A stretch of 64,000 bases of DNA from assembly GCA_010356995.1 (NCBI GenBank), contig ML996693.1, forward strand, positions 744,001 through 808,000. Reading direction: 5' to 3'. The stretch's first letter is position 1; each line of letters starts with the position of its first letter. This document shows, piece by piece, positions 51,224-64,000 of the stretch. The stretch comes from Trichodelitschia bisporula. Taxonomy: Eukaryota. The position numbers were made by a program, and so were the translations under genes. The notes beneath the pieces are model-generated. The model was not told the origin of the DNA, searched no databases, and was given only the letters and a program-made list of their open reading frames with translations.

Positions 51224-53422
51224 TGAGTTTGAACGATTCAAGATTTCTTGACTCTTTCAAGCGGCCAGGGGAATATGGAAGGACGAAAGAAGCGGATGGC
51301 GTTTTGGTGGGGACTTGGGAGGTAAAAGGAAGATGAATAGGATGAAGTATTCCCGGGTTGATGCCCCAAGTTTTTGGCCCAGGGTTTTGGGTCGCAAGTT
51401 CTGCGATCTGCGGGCAGCAAGACAGCGAACAGCGTAAAGGTGGGGGAGGGAAAGAGGGGTCCACGTCGAGCTTGGGCGAAGTGAGGATTGAGGCAAATGA
51501 CGAGGCCGTTTCCCTCTTTTCCCTCTTTTACCTCTTTCCGTCGAGTTGAAGCGGTTTGCACGGGCTGGAACTGAAGGGTTGGGTACTGCAGTTCTAGTGC
51601 TTCTTCGCTGCTCTTTTTATATGCAACGTCAAGCAAGCAAAAGAGCGGGCACCCTTGAAAGATGTCCTCTTTCCCATTCTCCCCCAAACCTCCTCTTCTC
51701 CCCTTACTCTTCTCCCCCCGCCATGCAGGCTGTTAAGTTGGTCTGGGACAGGCCTCGACAGCGGCTTTAGTCCTACCATGAGATAGCCTGACGCGCACAG
51801 CAGCAGCTTATCTCAAGAACAGACAGCGGCCCGTCGATAAAAAGTGAAGCAAAGCCAAATAAGTGGACGAAAGCGCCGGGAGGCGCTGGCGCTTCGGGAC
51901 TCCCGTCCTCCCCTGTTCTCCAGGTCTCAATTCCTTCCCGCAAACAAACCTTCCCCAAGGCCCATGGGCAGCTAGCAAATAGCAGAGCTAACGTGGCAAC
52001 TCCGCCGGACCGGTGCGCCGGGTCGAGCTCACAGCATCGGTGCTGATCCTCAAAGGCTGAGGGCGTGCAGCTCGTCGCCGACGCTGCATATGCACTCTCA
52101 TGGCCTGCTTGCAGAGCACTTCATAGCAAGAACACGCCGGTCCATGACGCCCCGGAATGGTAGGATGAAGAGACATGCAATGGATGAATGAAGTTGGGCC
52201 ATCCCGGTCTTTGCCGCAGCGTGCCTGCATTCTCCGAGGGCGGCTTTAGTGCAGCTGTTGGGAGCTTAGGAAGACGGCTCGTTGAATGCCATCTCTTGAT
52301 GGCGGTTGAGCTGACGATTCAGTTTTTCTCGGCACTTGTTGTCCTTTTTCTCTTCGCACATTGGGGTCGTGTCAAGCGAACTACATGTCTTGGCAACGAT
52401 GGGATGACGAGTATGTTACTTTTCGGAACTGGAAACACCAACAAAAAATGGAAACAGTGGAGCCCTGGAGACCGGCATGGCGTTCTGAGGTTTAACGCAT
52501 CTGGGATGCTTGCATGGCACTGGTGGAATTTGGAATGGAAGCGTTCACACCATGGTGATGCGGAAGCGGACTCTGGAGACTTGTGGTTTGTGGAATTGGA
52601 CGGGAGGGTTGCACCGCCAGAAACTAGGTACAAGCTGGAGCCCCCGAGCTGACGTTCACTGCTTCTACGTAGTCATCATAGGAACCATCTTGGACAGATC
52701 CATCTCAACGGGCTCCTCAACCTTCCCATATCACGTGAGAGAGCGGCTTGATATTTTCTACGCCATGATCTCTTTGTGAGTCCTAGTTCTAAACTGCTTG
52801 TCGACCTTCTGAAGTCTGTTCATACTGATCTACTACGAGTAGGTTCTGATGATGTCATACTAGCCTTATTGTCGATCGTCATATGATCATCGATATTACC
52901 CCACCACGCCTTCCAAGACCATACTGCGTAGGATTGTAACGGCTAATTGAGTCCAGCTCGCACTCCAGATATCAGGAACACGAACCTTCGTTAAGTTACA
53001 GTCGAGCAGCTTGAACACTTGAAGCTAGCAGTCACTGGGACATGTCCCTAACCACTCGTCACAAGACGTCAGCAAGCTATGGATTATCAATCAGCATCGA
53101 GCGACGCCGGCCCGTCCCCCGTATATACGCCAAAATCCGCCTAGGATCACGCATCACTCGGCTTCATGGTTTCGCAATAACAGTTCCGTATGGCGGATAA
53201 TGATGACTACCCCGCGTCAAATCGTGCTCCCCCTGCACGGCAGCTCTTTCCCGAGTGTACAAATACCGCTTGACCCGCCCCGGACTCTGCCCCACAGCAT
53301 TCCCCACTTCCCCCGCGAACTCCTTCCTGTGACTGCCCTTTTTCTCAGCCTAGCACCTAAACACTCGTGCTGCTTCAAAACTGTCATCAACACCTAACTT
53401 TACTCACCCGCAAGTCATCATC

Positions 53423-54394
53423 ATGTCCTCCGGCCTCAAGGTCGTCCTCGGCGGCGCCGGTATCAATCCGGATTCAGGCTTCCCGACGCCAGAAGCCCTA
53501 ACCGACGCTTTCGCCGTGTTGGACGAATTCGGTGTGGCCACCATCGACACGGCACAGCTTTACCGGCAGTCAGAGACCATCATCGGACAAACCGACGCCG
53601 CGGCAAAGTACACCATCGACACGAAAGCCAAGGGGGGCTTCGACGCCGGCAACGCACTGCAACCCGACACCCTCCGCTCCAACGCCTACAACTCCCTCAA
53701 AACCACCAAGGCAAAACAATTCGACATCTTCTACATCCACGCCCCCGACGTCTCCATTCCACCCACAACCTGGCTCCCCGTCCTCGACGAGCTCCACCGC
53801 GACGGCGTCTTCCGCCGCCTCGGGCTGAGCAACTTCAAGGCGCACCAGGTGCGCGAGGTATATGACCTCGCGGTCGAAAAGAACCTCGTCAAACCCACTG
53901 TCTACCAGGGGAACTACTCCCCCGTTGCGCGCCTGCAGGAGACGCTCCTCTTCCCCACGCTGCGCGAGCTGGGCATCGCGTTCTACGCCTACTCGCCGCT
54001 GGCCGGCGGGTTTTTAACCAAGACGCGCGAGGCCCTGGAGGCGGGCGGGAAGGAGGCGGGACGGTTTGCCACTGGTAGCCGCATAAGTTTGTACCGGGAG
54101 CTGTATCTCAAGCCCGCGTTTTTGGATGCGTTGGACGAGTGGGCGCGGCTGGCGGAGGCGGAGGGCGCGACGAAGGCGGAGGTTGCGTATCGCTGGGTTA
54201 GTTATCATTCACCGCTGAGCAGTGAGAAGGGGGATGCGATTATTATTGGTGCGAGTTCGTTGGGGCAGTTGAAGGGGACGTTGGAGGGGTTGAAGCGGGG
54301 CCCGCTGAAGGAAGAGACGGTGAAGGCGATTGATGTGCTTTGGGAGAAGTTGAAGGATGAGGCACCGTTGGATAACTTCAATCGGAACGGGTAG
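53423..54394 (+). CDS. Aldo-keto reductase, aflatoxin B1 aldehyde reductase (AKR7)-like; intronless
   Basis: IDTAQLY, IDTK, DIFYIHAPD, LGLSNF, PTVYQGNY, YSPLAGGFL, IIGASS. Confidence 0.92.
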   Translation: MSSGLKVVLGGAGINPDSGFPTPEALTDAFAVLDEFGVATIDTAQLYRQSETIIGQTDAAAKYTIDTKAKGGFDAGNALQPDTLRSNAYNSLKTTKAKQFDIFYIHAPDVSIPPTTWLPVLDELHRDGVFRRLGLSNFKAHQVREVYDLAVEKNLVKPTVYQGNYSPVARLQETLLFPTLRELGIAFYAYSPLAGGFLTKTREALEAGGKEAGRFATGSRISLYRELYLKPAFLDALDEWARLAEAEGATKAEVAYRWVSYHSPLSSEKGDAIIIGASSLGQLKGTLEGLKRGPLKEETVKAIDVLWEKLKDEAPLDNFNRNG

Positions 54395-54618
54395 GGCAGT
54401 TTAGACACTGTGTTAGGTCAAGGATGAAGAAACGTTCTTGAGAGCATGTGTATTATCATTATGGTAAACATTAAGTTACCATCGTAGGTACAAATATTAT
54501 GGAATTAGAGCCGCTGTGGAGCACTGTCCATGCACTGAACCACGGGTATCATGTCTAACCGATGTAACGCCTTGCACACCTGAACCATAACGCCGCAGAA
54601 GAATGGTAGACTTGCCAT

Positions 54619-55547
54619 CTACAAGAAGACCCAAAGCGCCGCGGCACCCAGGACGAAGAATGCATGATGCAAACCACTACCCAGCACAGAAGCGCCGTTG
54701 GTCGTCTGAGCCGGAAGCGGGGGGCGGGAAGCTGAAGTCTCGCTCGGGACGGGTGGAACAGGCACGCTGAACGTGGGCGCCGTCGTGCTGGAGCTGTTGC
54801 TGGGACCGTACGGGAAACCCGAGGCCGAAGGCTCGGACGGCAAGTTGTCGATAGGGAAGAAGTTTGCGCACGCGATGCGCGTCTTGTCCGCAAGATGGAT
54901 GACGAACGACCGGTTGCCGAAGAACGCGCCCTGACCGTCAATGAGGGAGACGTAGGGATCAATGTAACTGGAAGGAGTCAGCGCGGTTCAAGTCTCGCTT
55001 TGGGGAATACGTACGTGGCATTGAAAGTAGTCGCGTTCGGCTTGCCGTGCTTGCCGCTCAGGTCGCCCACTTGACACGTCTCTGGGAACTCGGGAACGCA
55101 GGGCGTGGCCTCGCCGCGGATGTACGGATCGAGATGGGCAAGAGTGGAAGCACAGCTGCCGTTGGAGGGAATGGGGTTCACATGGATGTGGTAGACTGGT
55201 AGTAACAGTAAGCAACCCGAGAACTATACGAGGGGAGCGAGCAACTCACGGAATGGACCACCGGTGCTAGGAAGGCCGGAGAAGTTGATGTTGAACTGCG
55301 TGCCGTTTCCCTGAGTCGCGACAGCAGTGACGGTCCCGCGCATGGTTCCGAACTTGCCAGCGGGAATCACTGCTGTGTAGGCAGCGCCCTGCGGGTTGTC
55401 CAGGACCTGAACGGCATCGCCAAGCTGGCCAGTTGCGGGTTTGGCCGGTTGAGTCTCAGCATTGACGTTCCCAGCGTTCGGGTCTTGAGGAAGGGCAAGG
55501 GCAGAGACAGATGCTCCGAGCAGGAGCAAGCCGGCAATGAACTTCAT
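54619..55547 (-). CDS. GPI-anchored cell-surface Cu-only superoxide dismutase (Sod4/5/6-like); introns 55249-55196 and 55014-54968
   Basis: Signal peptide; GGPFLYHIH, AHLDP, CQVGDLSGKHG, RSFVIH, TRIACANF; Ser/Thr linker and hydrophobic C-terminus. Confidence 0.9.
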
Positions 55548-56519
55548 CGTGGAGCTGAGTACTGAGAAGTCAAGGTGGAGTGGAAGTGGTAGATGTGTGG
55601 AGGTGAGGGAGGGTCAATTTGGAAGTACGATTATGATTAAAAGGTAAGGTCTTGGAAGCGGGGTTTCCAGATATTAATGTGGAAGAGCGAGTGAAAGGCT
55701 GACTGCGTAGGTGCGACTCACGGAATCGCGGGGTCGGTGACAGGTCCGGGGCTTTATGAATGAGACCAGCAACCCGCCTCCTGCCCACAAAGAAGAGGCT
55801 GGCTTCATGTTTGTTTGACAAGGCTCATCCAGTGCGACACATGGCAGTGGGCCCTTGCTTCCGGGGTGGTGAGGCTTAGGGAAGGAAGTTGTATCCCAGA
55901 GTCGCGAATAGCTTCAAGCCAAGCTCAAACAAGCCTTTGAGATCTCGTCTCAGAAGGGCAAATGAGCGACGAGTGGCGCTCGGTCCAGACGCTGAAACTC
56001 AAGATTTGGCCTACCGGCCGACGACATGCAAGGTTCTCGTTGCAAAACTGTTTGCTGCGACGGTTTCCTGACGCTGTGGCGCAGCGCTTGCAGACCAGCC
56101 CCCGGCCGATGCGCCTGCGAATGGGAGCACGAATTGAGGTATCCCCGGCCACCGAAAGACAACAACGGTCGTTAGCCGCAGGCGACTATACCAACAACCG
56201 CCTGCGGTGGAACGTCGTAAGATGAATGACCTACTCCTAGTTTTCGCGAGCGCAAAATTTTGCTGCGCCCACACCTTTGAGCTGGACAAACGCCTGCCAG
56301 TCGCTTCCCGGATGCTGCAAATGTCCGAGCTGCGCCGTTCTGGGTTGTAGCCGCAGGGGCAGCTGCAGGGAAAGCCTCCGTGAGAGTCACCAAACGAGAC
56401 ATGCGGCGGGTAGGGCTCTCTAGATCTTGTGATTTGGAAACTTGGCGAGGCTTTGCGAAAGCTCATCCGGATGACAAGTTACCGAATAATTCAGGCTCCC
56501 AGTTAGGCGACCGGAGAAC

Positions 56520-58045
56520 CGATGGAGCGTGAGGTTAACGAGTAGCATTAAGGCCAACTTGGGCCCAGTCAACATCTATCAAAACGAGACGAAAGCATCC
56601 GGATCGACGGGTGAGGTCGTTCATGCCAAGCTGACGGCCGGCCTATACCCAAGTCATGATCCCCGACCTCATCGGTTGCATCTTTTGGGGCCCTCAAGGC
56701 TCGACATCGTGGAGGTGCTTCCGGCAGGCAGACCGGCCCAATTGCAGCCGTGTTTCATTCCGGAATCCAGCCGGAAAGGGGACATTCCGGCTTGTTTCAA
56801 GACGCGGAGTCATTGGGTTCGCTCGGCTGTAGCCGCGCCCGTTCGCAAGATCGTGTGGGTGAGCTAAAAATGGCTCCCATCTGGACCATTCGGGAAGCAG
56901 CGGGCTGCCGTCCGTTTTGGGACGGAAAAATGCTTTGTATGCGAGCATCATGTGTCCCTTTCCGGAGCTTGTGGCACCGTCTCGACTGGAGACGTTGTTT
57001 CGACGCCCAGGCTCAGCAAAAAGAAGAGAAGAAGAGAAGGTGTATGAAGGCTGCAGTATGTAGAGCCTCTTGCTGCTTATTGGATACAACTATGACGTTA
57101 GCATCAACCTGGGCTGAGGAAGCTGTCATGGCGATGTGTGAAGGTGCTATGACGATGTTTTTTCGACATTCTGGCTGGAACATGTTGGGTTGAAGGAGCT
57201 GTGAGAGAGGATTGTGTGCTTCTGTGGCAAAGAGATCTTGGGGGGCTGATGTTGATTGATTTGCTTGGGGTTGACGGAAGTGCGAGTCTCATTGACGTCG
57301 GAGCATGGTGGTGCATGGGCCAGCTGGGGTCCAGGCGCGAGAGGCTTGCACTTGCATCGCCGCCGCAACTCAACACCACCATCGTCAAGTTGGCCACCTC
57401 GCCCAGTTCACTACCCATCCTCCGGACCATGAAATCTGGAAATATGTCAACGCACTCGTCATTCTTGTTGCTGTAGAGTTTTGCGGGGTTAACCATCTGT
57501 ATTATTAAGTCTAACCAGCATGGCCCAGAGATTTGCATGTCCATAACAACAACCATCAGCTCCTCTGGAGCCTAATCGTCGAAGCCTCCTTCCATCTTGC
57601 GCATCACGACATTGCTGACAATTTCATCTCAGCGCTGAACGATGTGCCTCTTACCGTTAGCGCTGTGGCCTATATGCAAAACCGTGTATTTGAAACCAAG
57701 GCGCTGCGGCTTTCACGGAACACCCTCAGAGCGCCACCACTGGGCTCTTTCGACCAAGGCATTGTGTGGAGGACTGGGATGCACCGGAAGCTGTTATGCT
57801 CCGATGATGGAGCCACGATGGTATCCTAACAGGAAAGCAGACAATTATTTGCGACAGCGATGATTCGGCATTGGACTGCCGAATATCTGCACGAATCTGG
57901 GGTTAAATCCCAATCAGGAAAATCATGCCAAGGGGACGTGGCCGAATGGGCGAATCTACGCCAGAGCAACCTTCAAAGCTTCCGGATGGCAATGGTTGAA
58001 TCAGTGATGAACCTGCCTTCGTGGTGGGCATCCTTCTGCTTATAG
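56520..58045 (+). pseudogene. Possible decayed HET-6-like gene remnant
   Basis: Weak, collinear motif-like fragments in broken frames (IWTIREA...MLC...VPF; PPD...KYVNAL; LPSW). Confidence 0.2.
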
Positions 58046-58293
58046 ACGTCAGAATATGCCCTTGCGAGTGAGACCCGCAATGGCGCCATCTGGGATCTGC
58101 GGGGTGATTATAAATGCGGAGCATCACCTCGGATGCCTGTTGGTCCTGTGAGATGAGGTCAGCTTCACAAGCCATTCGCCGCGGAGACTCCGCTTGGCGA
58201 CCACATACTTATATTCGGCTCCTTAACCCCCTCATGTTGAGCTTTCACCTTCTAAATTCAAAGCATTGAAACAAGAAATTGAATTTGGAAATC

Positions 58294-59629
58294 ATGTCGA
58301 CATTCAAGCTGAACGTTCCAGATGAGGCACTCGAAAAATTGAAGCAGAAGCTCTCAGTGACGACACTTCCGGATGAAATGGAATCTGACAATCCGTCGCA
58401 GTATGGTGCACCGCTGAAGGATGTTAGCCGTCTAGTCAAGTACTGGCAGGACGGATTTGACTGGAGGAAAGCTGAAGCCAAAATCAACGAGCTCCCGCAA
58501 TTCATCACAAGCGTGACCACGGATGATTTCGGGCCCCTCGACATTCACTTCGTTCACCAGAAGTCGCCTACTCAGTCAGCTGTTCCGTTGCTCTTCGTTC
58601 ATGGCTGTATTTCCTTCCATAGAAGCTGAAGTGACCGGGTCACACTGACCGTTCCCAGGGCCGGGCTCATTCCTCGAAGCTACGAAACTTCTGCCCCTGC
58701 TCAAAGGAGATGGCAAATCCCCCAGCTTCCACATCGTAGTCCCCTCCCTGCCCAACTTCGGCTTCTCCTCAGGCGTAGCCAAGCCCGGCTTCGGCGTCGA
58801 ACAACACGCCGAAGTATGCCATAGACTCATGTTACAGCTCGGCTACGACCAGTACATCACCCACGGCGGCGATTGGGGCTTCTACATCACCCGCGCTCTC
58901 GGTTATCTTTATCCGGAGCATGTCAAGGCGAGCCACATCACCATGGTCCACGGCAGTCCACCGACCTACAAGGCCAATCCCCTCCTAGCCTTGCAGCACG
59001 CAGTGACGCCGTACTCGGACGCCGAGAGAAAGGGTCGAGAGCGCTTTCAGTGGTTCACCCGAGAAGGCAGGGGCTACGGCATCATCCAGGGCACGAAGCC
59101 GCAGACAGTGGGCTACGCCTTGGCGGACAGCCCCGTTGCACTTCTGGGGTGGATTCTGGAGGTAAGTCACATGGCCAAAACCGACCAATCTCTTTCTTAA
59201 CCCAGGTTCCAGAAACTCTACGACTGGACGGACAAGTACCCCTGGACCGACGACAATATCTTGACCTGGATCTCCGTCTACTGGTTCTCGCGCGCCGGCC
59301 CCGCGGCCAGCGTGCGCATCTACTACGAAACCGAGCACCCGCAAGGCAAGAGGCTGAAGAGCGTCAATGTGCTGCGGGGCCATGTTCCGCACGTCAAGCT
59401 TGGAATGGCCTTCTTCCCGCAGGAGATCGTCCATGTGCCGAGGACGTGGGCGCGCACGATGGGAGATGTGGTGTACGAAAGCGAGCACGAGAGCGGCGGA
59501 CATTTCGCGGCGTGGGAGAAGCCCAAGGCCGTTGCTGCGGATCTGAATGCCATGCTGCGGAAGGGCGGGCCGTGTTTTGGGATCGTCAAGGGGGCGAATG
59601 GGTACGATGGCGCTGCGGCGCGGTTGTAA
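58294..59629 (+). CDS. Epoxide hydrolase (EHN + alpha/beta hydrolase), C-terminal ARL PTS1-like signal; introns 58607-58658 and 59162-59212
   Basis: [38 protein letters not shown] nucleophile, [17 protein letters not shown]. Confidence 0.93.
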
Positions 59630-59873
59630 CGGGATTCTCTGCGACTACCTCATCCAATTTTTGATTAGATAACAGCAGACAGGATCCACATCTTTCCCAT
59701 TAGGATGCCTGCCCTGGGTATGAAGATCGTTGTGCTCCCTGCGCGTTCGTCGGGAATAAAACCAAGACCAACGCCACCCCAAGCCCCATCTAGCACTGCG
59801 CCGCTGGCTTCGTCACCGCGTTCAGCCTCGAGCGTCCAACGTGCCAACGCCAATACGCCATTACCCGCACGGC

Positions 59874-60805
59874 TCAAACAACCCCATAAGCCAGCACCCC
59901 CGCAATCCCCAGGACGGCCACCATCCGCGCCGGCGCCGCCGTCTGCGCGGCCCCCGTAAAAACGCGCCGCGTGCTCGTCGAGCTCACCGTCGTCGTCTTC
60001 GCAGCCGAAGTCGAAGATCCAGCCTTCTGCGCCCCGTCAGCTCAGTCCCCAAGCAACGGAAGGCTACTCACCGTCGGCAAAGGTGACGGCGACACCCACG
60101 CCGTCGACTCGCTAACCACAATGCTCAAATCATCCTCCTCCGCAAAACTGCTGCTGCTGCTGCTCCACGCCGGTCGCGCTGAGCTTGATGCCGAGCTCCA
60201 TGCTGCGGGCTGAGTCACCTGGCTCGCCGTCAGCGCGGGCCAACTCGCCGACGAGGGAGCCGGTGCCGGCGCCGGGCGCGATATCGAGGTGGTCACCGGC
60301 TTCGGCGCCGGCTGCGACGACGGCACTGGCACTGGCACGAGGGGCACCTCGGGGGCGGACGCGGGTGCAGGTACCTTGGGTGCCGGTGGAGGAGGCGGGG
60401 CGTCGCAGGTCGAGGCCTGCATCGCGGATGCCGCGGCGCTCTGCTCGAAGGGCGTGCCAACACCTTTGCAGGCCGAGGACAGGGAGCGCAGTTGCATGCG
60501 TGCGTAGTCATCGTTGCCGAACTCCAGGTTGGAGCAGGTGTTGCAGGCGCAGGTTGCGGCGGGGGTGAGGAGGCCAGCGTTGGCGGCTTTGCAGAGGCCT
60601 GAAGGGGGGGTTAGAGGGTATGAGGATGGAGGTTTATGGGGGAAGTACAGGCTACGTCGTTCCAGTGGCACATTAGCCCTGCTTCGCGGGCGCATTTGCG
60701 CCAGCAGTGTGGCATGACGAGGGGGCCGGTGTTGGAGGAGGGGAAGAAGGCTAAGGCCGGGGAGGAGAGGGCGAGGAGGGACAGGAGGGCGGTGGAGTGA
60801 AGCAT
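59874..60805 (-). CDS. CFEM-domain, probably GPI-anchored cell-wall protein; introns 60648-60599 and 60071-60027
   Basis: Signal peptide; PHCWRKC...CHWNDVACLC...CACNTC...C pattern; Pro/Ser/Thr stalk; FTGAA followed by hydrophobic VLGIAGVLAYGVV*. Confidence 0.82.
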
Positions 60806-62025
60806 TACGAAGCGAGGGACTGGTAACGATTGACTGATGGGTACTGTAAACGAGTGAAATGGGGTGGGTTGGACGTCAGCTGGGAGCGAGCGAGCGGAGT
60901 TGGTGAAAACCACGACGACGACGACAACGACAGCAGGACGTCCCGGGGGGAGGGAACCTGGTTTTGAGAAAGGGCAGCAAATGAATCCTGTCCAAATGAA
61001 GTAGGCAATTTGGACCGACGTCGACCGTGAATTAATTTGTAACCCACCGCTGGGGCGGAGCTGGGGCCGCTTCCCTGCCTGTCCGCCAATGGGTCGCCTG
61101 CGTGACGAGCCCTCTCTGCCCCAGGAAACGGGCATAGCCACATGCTAAATGATTTTGGTGGGTTGCGGTGGTGAGATGCGGGACTGACGTTGATGGTGAC
61201 GTGCGCTTGGACCGCGATGTGTACCTGATCTGTCAATGAACGGACTGTGAAACGACACATACTGCGGGTTCGGGCGAGCATTGAAGGGTCCGGAGATGGA
61301 TCACGATGTCCAGAACATCCCAAGTAGTGGAGGATGGGAAGGCTTGTCGTCTCAAGAGGGTTGAGGTAACTGTCTTCTCTTGTCTGCCTGAAGTCTCTTG
61401 CGACGAGCCTCTTTCCTACTAAAGTCAGCTCAGTCGAAAGATTATCTTCTCCGAATAGGTCAGTTCAGGCAAAGTTCTCTTCCATCTGGAAGATGTTCTG
61501 GCTCACATTGCTAAGGGCGGAGACGGGACACGATGCTCAACTGTCGTCCCAAGTGATGAGGGATGGAATTGCCTTTCGTTGCAAGAGAGTTGAGGAGACT
61601 GAGTGATTCCTCACGTCCCAAGACTCATAAGAGGAGAAGTGAAGCCACTTCGGACGCAAGATCCCTTCCATCTGAAAGGTGTTCTGAGTGGCACCTTCCT
61701 TGGCCTCTTGAGGACAGTTACGCAATGGCACACATTTCGCTTCAACCTGGTTGAAACAAATCAGTACTCTATGCATCTGATGTCAGTAAGAGACTAACCT
61801 TCGACTTCACTTCACGATACTCAAGACGGACCAACCTTGCGTACCGCGGGAGTTGGAAGTGCCCGTTTCCCATCCCGAATTCCCTCTTGCACATCCATCA
61901 ACGTATCCCGGGACCCGCAATCATCGTAAACTCATGCCATATGCCCATGTACAAGTCTATCCCCAGCCCATATTCTACATGCCGGAGTGGATTCCCGCAC
62001 CCGAACACCACAAAATGCATCACCC

Positions 62026-63527
62026 TCACATCTCATGAGCATATACCCTCTCCCGCTTCCCCTCACTCCCTTCCCCAATCCGTCTCGCCCTCTCCTCCTC
62101 TTCTGGCTCAAGCACAAACCTCCTCATCCGTCCCGCAATCCGCTCATCAAGCACAACATCATCCAACAAAACCCTCTCCCCCTCTTCCTCCCCTTCCTTC
62201 CTCCTGACACTTTTATGCCATTCCGCCTCCTCTCCCTTCAAACAACCTTCCTGTTCCCACACTTGCCCACCACCATCCCGTGCCTCCCCCGAATCCTCTC
62301 CTGCAAGTCCCTGCTCATAAGGCCTATACGCCCCCAGCACCGCCGCCGCAACCTGCCGCCCCACCTCATCCGCCAAATACCGCCGAGTAAGGAATCTCCA
62401 CATGCGCGTCGGCGTGTTCAGAAACCCAAGTATGTGCGGCAGCGGAATCGGCACGCTCGGCCCGAGCTCAGCCGGCGTGTTAGGCGACAGTTGAGCGGCC
62501 GCATACTCTGCCGTGCCAATGAACGGCGGAGGCTGCTTCGCCTTCTTCGGCTTCCCGTCGGCCGTCACCTCGGGCTTAGCCTCCTCTGACACGGGCTCGG
62601 CTACGGGCGACGCGTCATCGGTAGGCGACGCGTCGTCGGCGGCGAATCCCTCGTCCTTCGGCGCAGCACGCTCCAGCGCCTTCTCGGCCACGTATTCAGG
62701 AATGGCGGCCAGGGAATGCGGCTTCTCGGGGCCGCGGGCCGCGGGGGTTTCGGACTGCGTTGCCCCTTCCACCGCTGTCTCAGCCGGCGCCGACACAGCG
62801 GCAGGCGCATCCACCGGCCCCAACCACCCCTCATGCAAGCCCCGCACATACTCCTTCCACGTATTCCGCCCCACAACAATATCCCCCGCCACGCCCGTGT
62901 AGGGCCTCACCCCCGACCGCGCCCGTATATGCGCCAACTCCAGCTCGCGATCATCCTCCGGGACCGGCTCCGCCGTAGCCTCCCCACGCAGCTTCCGCGC
63001 CTTGCGAATGCGCTCCGCTAGCGCGGCGCGCACATCCCCTTCCTTCCGCCCCTCAATCGCATCCCAGTCCAATGCGGCGGCGACCAGGATCGGCTTGACG
63101 TAGGCGTGGAAGTGTTCGCGCGCGGTCATGGGGCCGTCGGCAGGTGGGGAGGAGAGGAAGACTGTGAGGCGGCGGGGGAGTTGGTTGGGCGGGAGGGGAT
63201 CGGAGGCGAGGTGTGACACGAGGGCGGCCCATTTTGCTTGCGTGCGTTTTGTTTCCCGTCGGTCGTAGATGATTGCGCCGCTCCAGGTGCCGACGATGGT
63301 GAGGAAGATGGTCCAGTTGCGGGAGGGGAGGCGCGGGCGGAAATTGGGCATGCCTATGGGGATGGGTTAGGAGCTGGGAGCTGTATGTGAGGGGAGGACG
63401 GACCCATCATTTTGAATACGGGGTTGGGTTTGCGCGGCGCCGATTTGGCGTCCGCCTTTGCGCTGCTGGCATTGGGTCCGCTGGCGCTCTCGGCGGGTGC
63501 GCTGTCGGGCGGCTTGGTGGTTGACAT
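62026..63527 (-). CDS. TIM54: Mitochondrial import inner membrane translocase subunit Tim54; intron 63403-63354
   Basis: NPVFKMMG|MPNFRPRLPSRNWTIF, YDRRE, YVKPIL, GRNTWKEYVRGLHEGWLG, LGFLNTP, LDERIAGRM. Confidence 0.93.
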
Positions 63528-64000
63528 TGAGGTTGCGGTGGAGAAAAAGATGGTGGAAGAAATGTTGCGTCAAGCATTGAGGGCTGGCTTGGCGGAAGGC
63601 TTTTGGTGGGCGCTCGGACCGCTCGGTACAGCCTGATGGATGCCGGGATGGGTGCGTAAGCTACGAGGCTGACGGGCTTTGTGCTATGGGTTGGATGAAT
63701 GGGTACTCAATTATGCGGTCTGGCCAGGGTTGATTCTTCTGTGGAGTTTGTAGTGTTGATATCAAATGTGCTCCGTCATGATAGATATTCCGCACGAGCT
63801 TAGGAAAGGATATCAGCTCGCAACAACGCAGACAATCTTCAGAAACTTGTTAGGTGTAGTCATAACATCTAGACGTATCCGCAACCCGAGCTTGTGCATA
63901 TATCTATCGTTAGTTACCATCGTACTGTCGTCGCGGACCTGTCTGTCGACAGCATGGAAGCGAGCTCATTGTGCGACGCATTATTCTTCAGCCGGTTCTT

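Noticed and set aside
52188..52652. 154-aa plus-strand ORF
   Set aside because: No motif or coherent gene structure recognised
58873..59664. Long alternative-frame and antisense ORFs over GC-rich genes (for example 263 aa over the epoxide hydrolase, 281 aa over DNA2)
   Set aside because: Expected shadows of GC-rich codon usage; no independent motifs

Overview
Gene-dense, intron-containing DNA from a filamentous ascomycete (Pezizomycotina). The evidence is short GT-AG introns with CTRAC/CTAAY branch sites and fungal-type genes. I can support about 23 spliced or single-exon protein genes: a membrane-anchored histidine-phosphatase homolog lacking its catalytic His, an Nrg1-like C2H2 factor, a coiled-coil/Cys-His hypothetical protein, a PTH11-like membrane protein, eIF3h, CK2 beta, Dna2, a mitochondrial oxodicarboxylate carrier, a CHORD co-chaperone, a glutaredoxin-like protein, an HpcH aldolase, an orphan 2-exon gene, Arf1, Mob2, Leo1, a divergent fahA/hmgA pair, an OefC-like Zn2Cys6 factor, a glyoxylate-reductase-like dehydrogenase, an AKR7-like reductase, a GPI-anchored Cu-only SOD, an epoxide hydrolase, a CFEM protein and Tim54. 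I found no tRNA, rRNA, intact transposon or CRISPR array. The most interesting signals are regulatory: (1) an in-frame hidden exon or alternative first exon inside CK2 beta intron 1, bracketed by a possible RNA stem; (2) a 102-codon ORF overlapping the hmgA start in another frame and ending exactly at the hmgA splice donor; (3) a non-consensus GC-AG intron plus a perfect heat-shock element at the CHORD gene; (4) a TAGAAC/GTTCTA motif that recurs across intergenic DNA. All gene models were built by eye, without database searches.
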